From: Bdellovibrionales bacterium RIFOXYD12_FULL_39_22
Lineage (GTDB): Bacteria; Bdellovibrionota; Bacteriovoracia; Bacteriovoracales; Bacteriovoracaceae
DNA length: 22,896 nt
Direction of reading: 5' to 3'
NCBI GenBank assembly: GCA_001770205.1
Contig: MEQL01000012.1
Coordinates: 124,001-146,896, forward strand
Both the position numbers and the translations under genes were made by a program. This document shows positions 1 to 9,492 of the stretch, in pieces. Position 1 is the stretch's first letter, and each line of letters begins with the position of its first letter. The notes beneath the pieces were generated by a model. That model saw nothing but the letters and a program-made list of their open reading frames with translations. It was not told where the DNA came from and searched no databases.

Positions 1-27
1 TGTCAATATTGGCGGATAGAAATTATT

Positions 28-1584
28 TCAGTCTTTATTTTTGATTAAACAGTCCATGACATACTTCAAATTATTACCAGATAAATTTTTCGGGAGCTTA
101 CCGCGCAAAAAGGTTGCTTCAATCTTGATATCCCGAATGTGATGCTTTTCTACTTGCAAAATATTTTCAGAAAGTATTACAAAATTAGCATATTTGCCTT
201 CCTGCAATGATCCGTGCGTTTTCTCCATGAAAGATATTTTTGCTCCGGCAATAGTGTGCATTTTGATGGCGTCCATCACCTCCACACTCTCGGCCGAATT
301 AGGGTGATTACAGGCAGAATGGATTCCCCAAATTGGATTAGGCAAGGTAGTCGGGCCATCAGAACCTCCGGCCAACAAAATGCCGGCAGCAAGCATACTT
401 TTTAGTGGCATAAAATTTTGTGTGCGCTGGCCCAAAATAGATTGCAAATATTCCATTGGCTCTAACTCCCAATGTAAAAAAGGCGTTTGCAAAGCTATAC
501 ATATCCCTAGCTTTTTTACTCGAGCAATTAATTTCTCATCCATCAACTCCGCATGAATGATCGTGTGTCTATGATCTTTGCGTGGATTCTCTCTTAAGGC
601 CGTTTCAAACGCGTTTAAGGCCTGCTCAATTGCCGCATCTCCGATGGCATGCAAGGCCATTTGCAACCCGCTATTGTGTGCTTCTTTTACAAAGGAATTT
701 ACCTTTTCTTGAGAATAGTAGAGTACTCCTTTATTGCTGATATCGTGATTGTAGGGTTCTTTGAGTGCCGCATCTACACTTCCAAAGCAACCATCTAAGG
801 CCGTCTCAAAGCATCCTCCGATACAATCAAGTTTTCGCCGTAAAACTTTTTGCACATTCATCGTCTGATAATAAGTTTTTATATTTATCGGAAGTCCTCT
901 GGCCGCGAAACGCATCAAATCAACATCAAAAGGAATACCTACTCCTTCCACACTACTGATAGATCCAATACCGTTTTTAATTAATTGATTGCTTCCTTCC
1001 ACCAAATTGGTGAAGATTTTTGCGAGAGAAACTTTCTTTGAAATATAATTTACTACCTCATAAAAGGCCTCTTGAAAAAACTGTCCACTTTCTTTTTCAA
1101 ATCCCCTTTTTTCCAAAACGACGGAAGGTAAGTGAGAAATTAGAGCTTCATTGGCCATCGCCGCATGGCCATCATATTTTATTAATAAAAGTGGATGACT
1201 GGTAATTTTGTCTAAATCCTTACTGGTCGGCAAGCGCTTTTCTTTTAATGTATGAGCAGAAATCCCAAAACCTAAAACTATTTTTTCTTCTAAATGTTGC
1301 GCTACATACTTCCCAATAATAGCTTGGAGCTCCCGAAAGTCACCGGCATTTCGACAATCAAGCCCTAGATTAAAAAAAGCATAAGATGAAAAATGAATAT
1401 GGGTATCAAAAAAAGCAGGCAGTACTGTTTTTTTTTGCAGGTCAATTTTTTTCGCACTTTGATATTGGTGAGGAATTTTATTGCCAGTAAAGACAATCTT
1501 TCCTTGGTCCTCCACCAAAACAGAAAAAATGGTATTTTGCTCGTCACATGAAATAAAATTTCCATTTTCAAAAATTGTGGCCAT
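28..1584 (-). CDS. Amidohydrolase family 3 (YtcJ-like) metal-dependent hydrolase
   Basis: N-terminal FENGNF...IDLQKKTVLPAFFDTHIH (HxH metal site), HAIGDAAI, IIHAE, GSDGP and GSLQEGKYANFVIL motifs. Start placed at ATG 1584, which follows GAGGA; the ORF track starts at GTG 1596. Confidence 0.9.
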   Translation of the reverse strand: MATIFENGNFISCDEQNTIFSVLVEDQGKIVFTGNKIPHQYQSAKKIDLQKKTVLPAFFDTHIHFSSYAFFNLGLDCRNAGDFRELQAIIGKYVAQHLEEKIVLGFGISAHTLKEKRLPTSKDLDKITSHPLLLIKYDGHAAMANEALISHLPSVVLEKRGFEKESGQFFQEAFYEVVNYISKKVSLAKIFTNLVEGSNQLIKNGIGSISSVEGVGIPFDVDLMRFAARGLPINIKTYYQTMNVQKVLRRKLDCIGGCFETALDGCFGSVDAALKEPYNHDISNKGVLYYSQEKVNSFVKEAHNSGLQMALHAIGDAAIEQALNAFETALRENPRKDHRHTIIHAELMDEKLIARVKKLGICIALQTPFLHWELEPMEYLQSILGQRTQNFMPLKSMLAAGILLAGGSDGPTTLPNPIWGIHSACNHPNSAESVEVMDAIKMHTIAGAKISFMEKTHGSLQEGKYANFVILSENILQVEKHHIRDIKIEATFLRGKLPKNLSGNNLKYVMDCLIKNKD

Positions 1585-1749
1585 CTTTTTCCTCACTATC
1601 TTAAAAGCAATCTGTTTTCAAAGAGTTTGTCTGTATATTTTTTTGACGCCCATGTAATTTATCGTCACTAAAGTTTTCATTCATTTTGCCATTTAGCTCT
1701 ATATGATACTTTAATCTTACAGCTTTATAATTATAAAAAGGTAATAATA

Positions 1750-4695
1750 ATGAAAATTAACTGGAAATTTCCACTGCTATCTCTACTCCTCACCTATACC
1801 CTAACATTTAGCTCCATTTCTTTGGCCTTTGAATTTAAAAACATAATAAAAGACACCACTCAATACTGGGGAAATTCCGCTTCCAAGGCCAAAGAAAAAA
1901 GTAAACAGGCCATTGGAAAAATTGCTCCTAAATTTAAAAAAATACTAGATAAATACTTTAAAAATGTTAACTGCATAGAAAACTGTGAAATTGATAATAA
2001 ATTGCTTACCATGCAAGCAGAAGTATTTGAACGAGAGGCCATCCGTTTTGAGATTGCTTTCACTGATTTTTTAAATACTGGAGCAACACCTCGCTTGGTT
2101 GTACAAGAAAAAGGAATCACACTAAGGGAAAAAATAGATTATCCCCGTAAAGTAGTAGAGTACACAATCTTGGCAAAAGAGTTTGTTAACAAATCAGAAC
2201 AAACAAAAGAACTAACTATTAATTTGAAATTTCTAATACCAAAATTGCTAATGCAAAACGACGAAAGCTTTGTCACGAAAGAATATCGCCTCCATCTTCT
2301 CGTAAAAAATGCCAATCGAGCGCCACTATTATCGGTACCAAACTATGTCGATATTATAGGTGCGGCCAATGGAGGATGGTTTAGTGCTAGCGCTGCCGAT
2401 CCAGATGGTGAAGAGGTTACTTTAGAATGTGATGCAAAAAAAAATAGTAATGGAGAATACTTTGTAGAAGATGAAACAAATTGCACGGCCTATGATGGCG
2501 ATAAAAATGATCCAGAAACACTTTGGGACAGTAAAACCGTACAACTGCGGCGTAATAATACCGCTCCACAAATCTTACTACCAGAGGAATTATACCTTAA
2601 TAGTCTCGATGGCCGTTTAGAAGTTATAGTTCACGACCAGGAAAATGACCCCATCCAAACTACTTGCCTATTTAACGAACAAAATATTTGTCCAAGCGGA
2701 ATAATAGACAGTGAACAATTTCCGTTAAATAAAGAGAGTAATTTGCTTATCCGATCTACTGATGGCATTTTAGTTAGCAATAAAATAGTTTCGATAAAAC
2801 ACACCACCAATTTAGACAAAGAGATTTCACTTGTGCTAATGCCAAATGGCAACTACGTTGGGAATATAATTCAAAATGAAGAGTCTATGGAACTTATAGA
2901 AAGCAATCTTTCCAGCATAATTTTCAATGCTGGACGCTGGACATATGTTGTTTACGAGAACTACAAAGAAGGCCTTTTTGCTAAGTTTAAAATTGGTGAA
3001 CACATTGTTAATTATAAATTTAATGTTAGTTCTGCCGATGATTTAAATATATTAAAAACAAATGCCATACTGGCGCAAAATAGCACTAATTACAAACGTG
3101 AACTCTCTATTGATTTACCCTTTTCACCCCAATGTCAAAATTGCATTCGTCTATATGATGATGAAAAAAAAGAAATTAACAACTTTGCCTACCCTCATTT
3201 ACAAATGGAACTCAAAGAGAACTCTTTTGTTATAAGCGTATTGTGGAACGATTTGCCAGGAGAAAAAAACGATAGTTTTTACCTTCAACTGGATAAACAG
3301 ATTTATCACATCACCTTAAAAATTCTTCGCCCCTACCCTTCTATCCTCCTAAACGGATCTCCACTGCGCGAAAACGCGGTGATTAAATTTACAGAAGGCG
3401 ACTCGCTGTCATTAAATTTTTCCCTAGAAAAAGGCGAAAGTTTTTCTAGCATTTACCAGGAAATTTCAATTATCGGTTTAAACGATGGCCTTATTATTTT
3501 TGACGCCGACTCCGAACGCCCTGTACACCAAATCACGATGAATAACATTTTAAATAAAACAGTCGGACTAGTAAAACGGGCCGGCCTCTATCGCCCAGTA
3601 ATGCGCTTTACCACTAAAAATGGAATCAAAAACGACTTCACTTTTTCTTTAAAAATTCTTCCCAGTGCTGTCCCGGCCTTCGGTGTTAGTTTTCTAAATT
3701 TGCGCAATTTACAAGGAAACACTTCCGTTAAAATCGATCAGATATTTAATATGGTCAACGAATCCAATCGCATTTTTGCAGGATGGAAAAAACTTGTTGT
3801 TGCTAGTTATGAGGAAATAGACATTCATGATGATTCCAATGAGCGACTGGGAAATGACTATTACATAAATGACAATTCGGCCGCTCCCATCCGTCCACTT
3901 TATAACGGTAAAAAAACCGTCATCCTTTCAGATCTGCGTTCAATCACTAAAAAATATATCAAAAATGGAACCCTTCCTATTTTTCTTGCCAATAACCTCT
4001 TAGCATCTCACGGCTCGATTGTTGGTGTGGCCATTCTCACCGTCAACGGTATTTTTCCCAATATTGTTCTTGGTAACTCTGCTTATGACTCCACTTTGGC
4101 CCACGAAATAGGCCATACTTTCACACTTCAACATCCTTTTCACGCCGAGGATAACCCTTCTGTGACTTTATGCTCACTCAAAGAAGCTGAACAAAAGAGC
4201 GTTTGCGAAAAAAGCTCCATCACCGGTAATATCGTTTTTCCCGAAAAAAATATAACGGTGGAACCACTAAGTGGCCGGCCTTTAACTGGAGATGGAATCG
4301 ACGATACTACACTTGATGGATATGGTGTCTCCATTTATAAAAATTACTGCTATGCAACCACCTTTGGCCAACAAGGCCAATTTGCCAGTAAGTTTTTCTG
4401 CTCAGATAGTGCTCCGGGAATTTTCTTGGCCAACGCATCTTCTTCCGAAAAAGAGCAAAAAGATAGATCTGAAGCAGTTTGCTGGAAGGAGCGCGATTAT
4501 CGCGAAAAAGTAACCTTAAAATGTCAATATGGTTTTGCCGATGATGATAGTGATACGCGTATAGGAAAAAACATTATGGGTTATTGGAGAATTGGAAATG
4601 ATCTGTTTTTCACCCAACAACAAAAAATTAAAATGGATCAGGCAATTGCTGATCAAAATTTGGTATTGGCCAATCTATTTGCGACTGGCCAATAG
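1750..4695 (+). CDS. Large secreted zinc metalloprotease, C-terminal M43 (pappalysin/ulilysin)-like metzincin domain, N-terminal Ig/cadherin-like modules
   Basis: Signal peptide (MKINWKF...ISLA). Zinc motif TLAHEIGHTFTLQHPF. Met-turn NIMGY followed by FTQQQKIKM, as in M43. NRAP...ADPDGEEVT and NTAP...DQENDPI resemble Ig/cadherin repeat motifs. Confidence 0.8.
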   Translation: MKINWKFPLLSLLLTYTLTFSSISLAFEFKNIIKDTTQYWGNSASKAKEKSKQAIGKIAPKFKKILDKYFKNVNCIENCEIDNKLLTMQAEVFEREAIRFEIAFTDFLNTGATPRLVVQEKGITLREKIDYPRKVVEYTILAKEFVNKSEQTKELTINLKFLIPKLLMQNDESFVTKEYRLHLLVKNANRAPLLSVPNYVDIIGAANGGWFSASAADPDGEEVTLECDAKKNSNGEYFVEDETNCTAYDGDKNDPETLWDSKTVQLRRNNTAPQILLPEELYLNSLDGRLEVIVHDQENDPIQTTCLFNEQNICPSGIIDSEQFPLNKESNLLIRSTDGILVSNKIVSIKHTTNLDKEISLVLMPNGNYVGNIIQNEESMELIESNLSSIIFNAGRWTYVVYENYKEGLFAKFKIGEHIVNYKFNVSSADDLNILKTNAILAQNSTNYKRELSIDLPFSPQCQNCIRLYDDEKKEINNFAYPHLQMELKENSFVISVLWNDLPGEKNDSFYLQLDKQIYHITLKILRPYPSILLNGSPLRENAVIKFTEGDSLSLNFSLEKGESFSSIYQEISIIGLNDGLIIFDADSERPVHQITMNNILNKTVGLVKRAGLYRPVMRFTTKNGIKNDFTFSLKILPSAVPAFGVSFLNLRNLQGNTSVKIDQIFNMVNESNRIFAGWKKLVVASYEEIDIHDDSNERLGNDYYINDNSAAPIRPLYNGKKTVILSDLRSITKKYIKNGTLPIFLANNLLASHGSIVGVAILTVNGIFPNIVLGNSAYDSTLAHEIGHTFTLQHPFHAEDNPSVTLCSLKEAEQKSVCEKSSITGNIVFPEKNITVEPLSGRPLTGDGIDDTTLDGYGVSIYKNYCYATTFGQQGQFASKFFCSDSAPGIFLANASSSEKEQKDRSEAVCWKERDYREKVTLKCQYGFADDDSDTRIGKNIMGYWRIGNDLFFTQQQKIKMDQAIADQNLVLANLFATGQ

Positions 4696-4709
4696 AGTGG
4701 ATTGATGGT

Positions 4710-4748
4710 TGATCTTCTATTTCTACAAGATCAGTTTCTACTTTATTT
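4710..4748 (+). terminator. Possible weak intrinsic terminator after the protease gene
   Basis: TGATCTT(N10)AAGATCA inverted repeat at 4710-4733 followed by a T-rich tract. The stem is AT-rich, so support is weak. Confidence 0.25.
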
Positions 4749-4844
4749 AAATAGTGGACTATTTTTCTTGGCGGGAAAAATGGTCTATATAACACCATTG
4801 TAAATGAATAACCACTCGCCTAGACTAATTTCAAGAAATAGAAT

Positions 4845-6677
4845 GTGTCTGTTTGCCAAGGGGAGCTTATTAAAAAGGTTGCACTAGTTTTTCCTACTAA
4901 AATCCGCCATGATGCCTTTTACGGTTTTGTGCTTCCTCCTCTGGGATTAGAGCGAATTGCCGCCCACCTAGAAGACATTGCCCTGGTGGAAATTTTTGAT
5001 CTGCGCTTTGAAAAAAACATTATTTCCGCCATGAAAAAATTTGCTCCTACCATAATTGGCATTAATATAAAAACCACCATGCATGCACAGGCCAACTATC
5101 GACTGGCCGTGCATATTCGAGAAAATTTTCCACACGCAACTATAGTGATGGGTGGATTGCACGCCACCCACTGCTACCAAGAGGCCTTACAATATAGCGA
5201 CTATGTCATTCGTGGCGATGGAGAGCTAAGTTTCAGACAATTTGTAGAGGGAATAGCTCCTGACAAAATTGCCGGCCTTTGCTATAAAAAAGATGACGAG
5301 CTAATTACCAATCCACTGGCCACTCCTGCAGAATCGCTAGATCTCCTTCTTCCCCCGGCCCGACATTTACGAAAGAAAAAATATTATTATGGGGCATATC
5401 CTCTTTTTCGCATGGATTTACTAGAAAGTTCACGCGGCTGCACTCACTACTGCACTTTCTGCTCCCCGGCCGCTTCATATCCGGCCTGTTATCGTACACA
5501 CTCGCCGCGCTACGTTGTTGATGAGATTAAAAGAATTGCGCAAACGGGAGTTAAATTTTGTTGGTTAACAGATGATCAACTAGGCGGTGATCTTCCTCGA
5601 CTTGAACAAATATGCGATCTACTTATTGCTGAGAAAATTACTATCTTGTTTTTTGCCTTCATCCGCCCTTTTTTAGGACAAATGGAGCTTAAAAGAAAAA
5701 TGGCACAGGCCGGATTTATCATGCTCTCCTATGGGGCAGAATCCCCCAATCCCTCACAACTGCTTCGCTACGGAAAAAACCATCCTCTTGTTGACAACTT
5801 CATTGCCAACGTTAATCGAGAATTTAAAGAGGCCCAAATTGTGCATATTGGAAACTCCTATGTATTTGGGGACCCTAAAGATTCAAAAGAGGCCATCGCC
5901 AATATTGGAATTTTTGCACGCCAGCTTGACCCCAACTTTATTGAACCTCTCTATGCACAACCATATCCAGGAACTCGCTATCGAGAAGAGCTAAAAAAGG
6001 AAGGACTTCTGCTTGATCGTCCATGGAGTGATTTTACCGAGGCCCGCCAGTTAGTGGCCCACCCACAACTTGATGAAGAAGAACTAAAAAAACTTAGAGT
6101 GAAAATTTGGTTGGATTTTTTAACACCCAAAAAATTTTTCTCGCAAATGAATGTTCCCATCTCTCTTTATCAACGCGCTAAAATATCTCGAATACGAGTG
6201 CTTCTTTTTATGAAGAGAGTGGAAAAAATTATTTTTGGCTGTTTACTGGAAGATAAAATTTACCGTGATTGCTACCGTCAAATGGTTTATGACTACTTTC
6301 ACCATCACCTTCCAAATTTTCCCAAAGAGGAGATGGATTTCACTCTCGCCATCCCAGGAATTTTAAATTTACTGGGCCTAAATTTTATTCCAAAATGGTT
6401 TAATGGCAAAACAATCTCTCTAGAAATTGTCGAATTAAAAAATGTTCTGGCCTCATTCAATCTCTGTTTTTATCAAACTAAAATCTCCAAGGCCTATGCT
6501 CTGGCCGGGAACTTGCCAGATGAAGTGCGTAGCATAAAATTTAAAATCCCCTTAGCTCTCCTGGCCTCTCGTCTGGCCACAGAATCATATCTTCTTCAAT
6601 CCTATTTTGATGTTCGCATAGTACTACAAACAATTTTTTCAAAGTTTCGCGAAGGCCTGCGCCAAATCTTTTTTTAA
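4845..6677 (+). CDS. Cobalamin (B12)-binding radical SAM enzyme with C-terminal extension
   Basis: N-terminal B12-binding domain (PPLGLERIAAHL, IVMGGLHAT, DYVIRGDGE), CxxxCxxC in SSRGCTHYCTFC, then FxxTDD-like, YGAES and PYPGT motifs. Start codon uncertain (GTG 4845 has no clear SD). Confidence 0.92.
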   Translation: MSVCQGELIKKVALVFPTKIRHDAFYGFVLPPLGLERIAAHLEDIALVEIFDLRFEKNIISAMKKFAPTIIGINIKTTMHAQANYRLAVHIRENFPHATIVMGGLHATHCYQEALQYSDYVIRGDGELSFRQFVEGIAPDKIAGLCYKKDDELITNPLATPAESLDLLLPPARHLRKKKYYYGAYPLFRMDLLESSRGCTHYCTFCSPAASYPACYRTHSPRYVVDEIKRIAQTGVKFCWLTDDQLGGDLPRLEQICDLLIAEKITILFFAFIRPFLGQMELKRKMAQAGFIMLSYGAESPNPSQLLRYGKNHPLVDNFIANVNREFKEAQIVHIGNSYVFGDPKDSKEAIANIGIFARQLDPNFIEPLYAQPYPGTRYREELKKEGLLLDRPWSDFTEARQLVAHPQLDEEELKKLRVKIWLDFLTPKKFFSQMNVPISLYQRAKISRIRVLLFMKRVEKIIFGCLLEDKIYRDCYRQMVYDYFHHHLPNFPKEEMDFTLAIPGILNLLGLNFIPKWFNGKTISLEIVELKNVLASFNLCFYQTKISKAYALAGNLPDEVRSIKFKIPLALLASRLATESYLLQSYFDVRIVLQTIFSKFREGLRQIFF

Positions 6678-7760
6678 ATCTTCCATTTCTTCCAGTCCAA
6701 AGCAAAGCCTTACTAATTTTTTGGTAATTCCCATTTGTGCCTTTTCAGCGTCATCCATAGAGGCATGACTTCCCGTATACGGACGGGCCACCATAGATGT
6801 TACACAGGCCATCCCTGTGCCAGTGCCAAATAGTTGTAGTGAATCACAAAATTTAACATAGGGATCTTCGGCCGCAAGGGCCTCGACAAATTCAAAAAAT
6901 ATAATTCCCCCGTAGGAAGTCATCTGTTTACCGTCAATGTGAGGATAATATATTTTTTTTATCTGCCTAACCTCTTTCAAAAAATCACACATTTCTACAG
7001 TAACCCGATGATGCTCTCTCATTCGCAACGGTAGTGTTTGCAGGGACCGGCGCAATAACCAGGCAGAAAAAGGAGATAAAATTGCTCCCGTATAAAAACG
7101 CTCTTGTCGCAAACTCTCTGCAATCTCTGGATTGTTGGTTAAAATAACCCCTCCCATAACGTCGCTATGGCCAGAAAAATATTTTGTTGCGCTATACAAA
7201 GAAATATCGGCACCATGTTCCAGTGGTTTTTGAAATAGTGGTGTGGCCCAAGTGTTATCTACTACCACCAGACAATTTGCACTAGTGGATTTTGCTCGGG
7301 AGGCCACCTCTTGGATATTAATCGTTTTTAAAAATGGATTAGTAGGAGTTTCAAAAACAATCATATCACAATCTGCCGGGATCTGGGCAATCCCCTCTGG
7401 CGTAGAGAGATCTAGTACTGTCAATTTTATTTTAAGTTTTTCACAAAAACGTTGAAAGAGTTTGTAGGAACAACCATAGATATATTTATTAATTAAAAGA
7501 TGCTGATGAGGACGCAATAGACCTAATACAATCGTAATAGCAGTCATACCAGTGGTAACTGCCAACGCATACTCGGCCCCTTCTAAAATTGCCACTGCCG
7601 CTTCAAACTCTGCCGAGTTGGGATTATCTTTTCTGGTATAAAAATAGGGACTACTACTTTCAAATGCCGAATTCTGAAAAATAGGCGTCACTGAAGGATC
7701 GCCTCCATCAATGCAAGTTTTTATTTTTAACATCTGAGTAATTGGAGAATTTTTTTCCAT
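6639..7760 (-). CDS. PLP-dependent Cys/Met metabolism enzyme (cystathionine gamma-synthase/lyase, methionine gamma-lyase family)
   Basis: YTRKDNPN, TGMTAI, IYGCSY, FETPTNP, VVDNTWATP, SATKYFSGHSDVMGG (PLP-binding Lys) and LVRLCFGLE. Start placed at ATG 7760 after GGTGG; the ORF track starts at 7781. Confidence 0.9.
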   Translation of the reverse strand: MEKNSPITQMLKIKTCIDGGDPSVTPIFQNSAFESSSPYFYTRKDNPNSAEFEAAVAILEGAEYALAVTTGMTAITIVLGLLRPHQHLLINKYIYGCSYKLFQRFCEKLKIKLTVLDLSTPEGIAQIPADCDMIVFETPTNPFLKTINIQEVASRAKSTSANCLVVVDNTWATPLFQKPLEHGADISLYSATKYFSGHSDVMGGVILTNNPEIAESLRQERFYTGAILSPFSAWLLRRSLQTLPLRMREHHRVTVEMCDFLKEVRQIKKIYYPHIDGKQMTSYGGIIFFEFVEALAAEDPYVKFCDSLQLFGTGTGMACVTSMVARPYTGSHASMDDAEKAQMGITKKLVRLCFGLEEMEDLKKDLAQAFAKL

Positions 7761-7918
7761 TTGCCTACCACCTTCGCCCAAAGCATAGAAAAAAAGCCTC
7801 TCGATGAAAAGGTATTTTTGTTCCTTCTTTTTCTTTTTGGGCCAATTCTGTCTTTTAATACTTGATTATCATCTCCAGATATAGGAAGCTATTTTGTAAA
7901 ATTTGAGAGGTGTACTTA

Positions 7919-8413
7919 GTGAGATTTTACCTAGTAGATAGAATTACCGAAATGGAACTGGGCAAGAGCGCCAAGGGCCTAAAATGCTGGTCACTAACCG
8001 AGGGGATCTTTAATGAACATTTCCCTGGATACCCCATCGTTCCTGGCGTTTTGGCCATTGAATCGATGGCCCAACTGCTGGGTATTTTGCTAGAAAAAAG
8101 TCATTTGGCAAATTTTGGAGAAGAACACGAGTCGTACGCCGTCTTATCTATTGTTCATAAAGCAAAATTTAAAAGTTTTTTACTTCCGGGAGATCGCGCG
8201 GAGATGGTGGGAAAACTTAATACTTTTGATATAAATCATGGCAATGGCGTGGTTGATACTTTTGTCGATGGAAAGCTTATTAGTAGTTGCGATCTTAGCT
8301 TTGTACTCATTCCAAAAAGTAAAATGCCCAACGAACGCTTAGTTGATATGAGAAATGAATATTTTAATATTCTAACGCAAGCAGAATCCCAGCGAGGCCA
8401 GACTATTTTGTGA
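7919..8413 (+). CDS. FabZ/FabA-like 3-hydroxyacyl-ACP dehydratase (accessory)
   Basis: FYLVDRI and HFPGYPIVPGVLAIESMAQ with the catalytic His and Glu intact. GTG 7919 sits 6 nt after AGAGGTG; the ORF track starts at GTG 7910. Confidence 0.9.
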   Translation: MRFYLVDRITEMELGKSAKGLKCWSLTEGIFNEHFPGYPIVPGVLAIESMAQLLGILLEKSHLANFGEEHESYAVLSIVHKAKFKSFLLPGDRAEMVGKLNTFDINHGNGVVDTFVDGKLISSCDLSFVLIPKSKMPNERLVDMRNEYFNILTQAESQRGQTIL

Positions 8414-9492
8414 AAAAACGTCTTTTTATAACAGCAGTCAGTTTTCGTATTCCAGGAGTACAATCTTTTGATGGATTAAAATATTTAAATACCCATAAGC
8501 TTCACTCTCAACCACACTTCTTAGGGCCAGATAAATCTCAAAAATTGAGCGTACACCATCTAGATATAAGTGAGTCCGCGCGCTACTACCCTTCACTCAA
8601 AGATGTAAAAGTTATGCGGGAAGATGTTTTAGCGGCGGCCATTTGCGGCCAAGAGATTTTTGAGTCAGCACAAATTCCCGCCCATCTGCGCGCCACTATT
8701 CCACTTTATATGGGAAACGGAGTCTGTCTAGACCAACTACTAGGTAGTATCAACGAAATTAGTTCCGCCTACTCTTCCCACGATTTGGGAGATGATATTG
8801 CCGCCAGACATCGAAGAGTGGAAAAGGCCACTCCCGCGCTTTTTGTCTTAAATGTTCTGACCAACGCTTCTCAAAGTTTTGTCTCTCAATATTCTGGGGC
8901 CAAAGGCGATAATACTGTTTATGGAAATAGTTCACACTCTACCGTTGATGCGCTAGAGGAGGCCATTTACACACTCTCTCAAGAAGAAGCAGAGATGGCC
9001 TTGGTCGGAGCGGCCAATGGCGCCGGACTCTTTTTTGCCTTAACCTTTCAGAATCTGGCCAATCTCTCCTCTTTCGACTGGCGACTCTCTAATGCTGCGG
9101 GCATGCTGCTTATCGAAACAGAAGAGAGCGTCAAAAAACGTCAAGCAACTCCCATAGCGGAAATTTTATCTCTTCAAAAAAGCACCACCAGGCCTTCTTT
9201 ATTTTCCAAGCAAGAGTTGATCTATAATTCGTTTCAGGAGAGATCTCAACTTGCCTATTTCTCCGGAGGCCTAGGAGAAGGAGATTATCAACTTGAGAAA
9301 AAAGTAGTTGAAGAAAAATGGAAAAAAGCTTTTAGTTATTATCCCATTTGGGGTTGCATGGGCGTATTTGCTCCCTTAATGAATATCTATGGTGCCTGTT
9401 TTCATTTACAGAGCACCTCCGAAAATATCGACTGTTTAAATAACGATCCCTATGGAAGGTCCTCCCTCATTCGTCTTGGGAGGGTAGTCTAA
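8410..9492 (+). CDS. Non-catalytic beta-ketoacyl synthase-like protein (chain-length-factor-type partner)
   Basis: KS-like segments (VLNVLTNASQSFVS...GAKGDNTVY, ALEEA...AEMALVGA, AAGMLLIETEE). NSSHS replaces TAC, SGGLG replaces HGTGT and WGCMG replaces xGH. GTGA overlap with the upstream gene. Confidence 0.75.
   Translation: MKKRLFITAVSFRIPGVQSFDGLKYLNTHKLHSQPHFLGPDKSQKLSVHHLDISESARYYPSLKDVKVMREDVLAAAICGQEIFESAQIPAHLRATIPLYMGNGVCLDQLLGSINEISSAYSSHDLGDDIAARHRRVEKATPALFVLNVLTNASQSFVSQYSGAKGDNTVYGNSSHSTVDALEEAIYTLSQEEAEMALVGAANGAGLFFALTFQNLANLSSFDWRLSNAAGMLLIETEESVKKRQATPIAEILSLQKSTTRPSLFSKQELIYNSFQERSQLAYFSGGLGEGDYQLEKKVVEEKWKKAFSYYPIWGCMGVFAPLMNIYGACFHLQSTSENIDCLNNDPYGRSSLIRLGRVV

Noticed and set aside
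1428..2444. 9-nt A/T homopolymers (1428-1436, 2436-2444) as phase-variation tracts
   Set aside because: Such runs are expected in AT-rich DNA and both ORFs are in frame.
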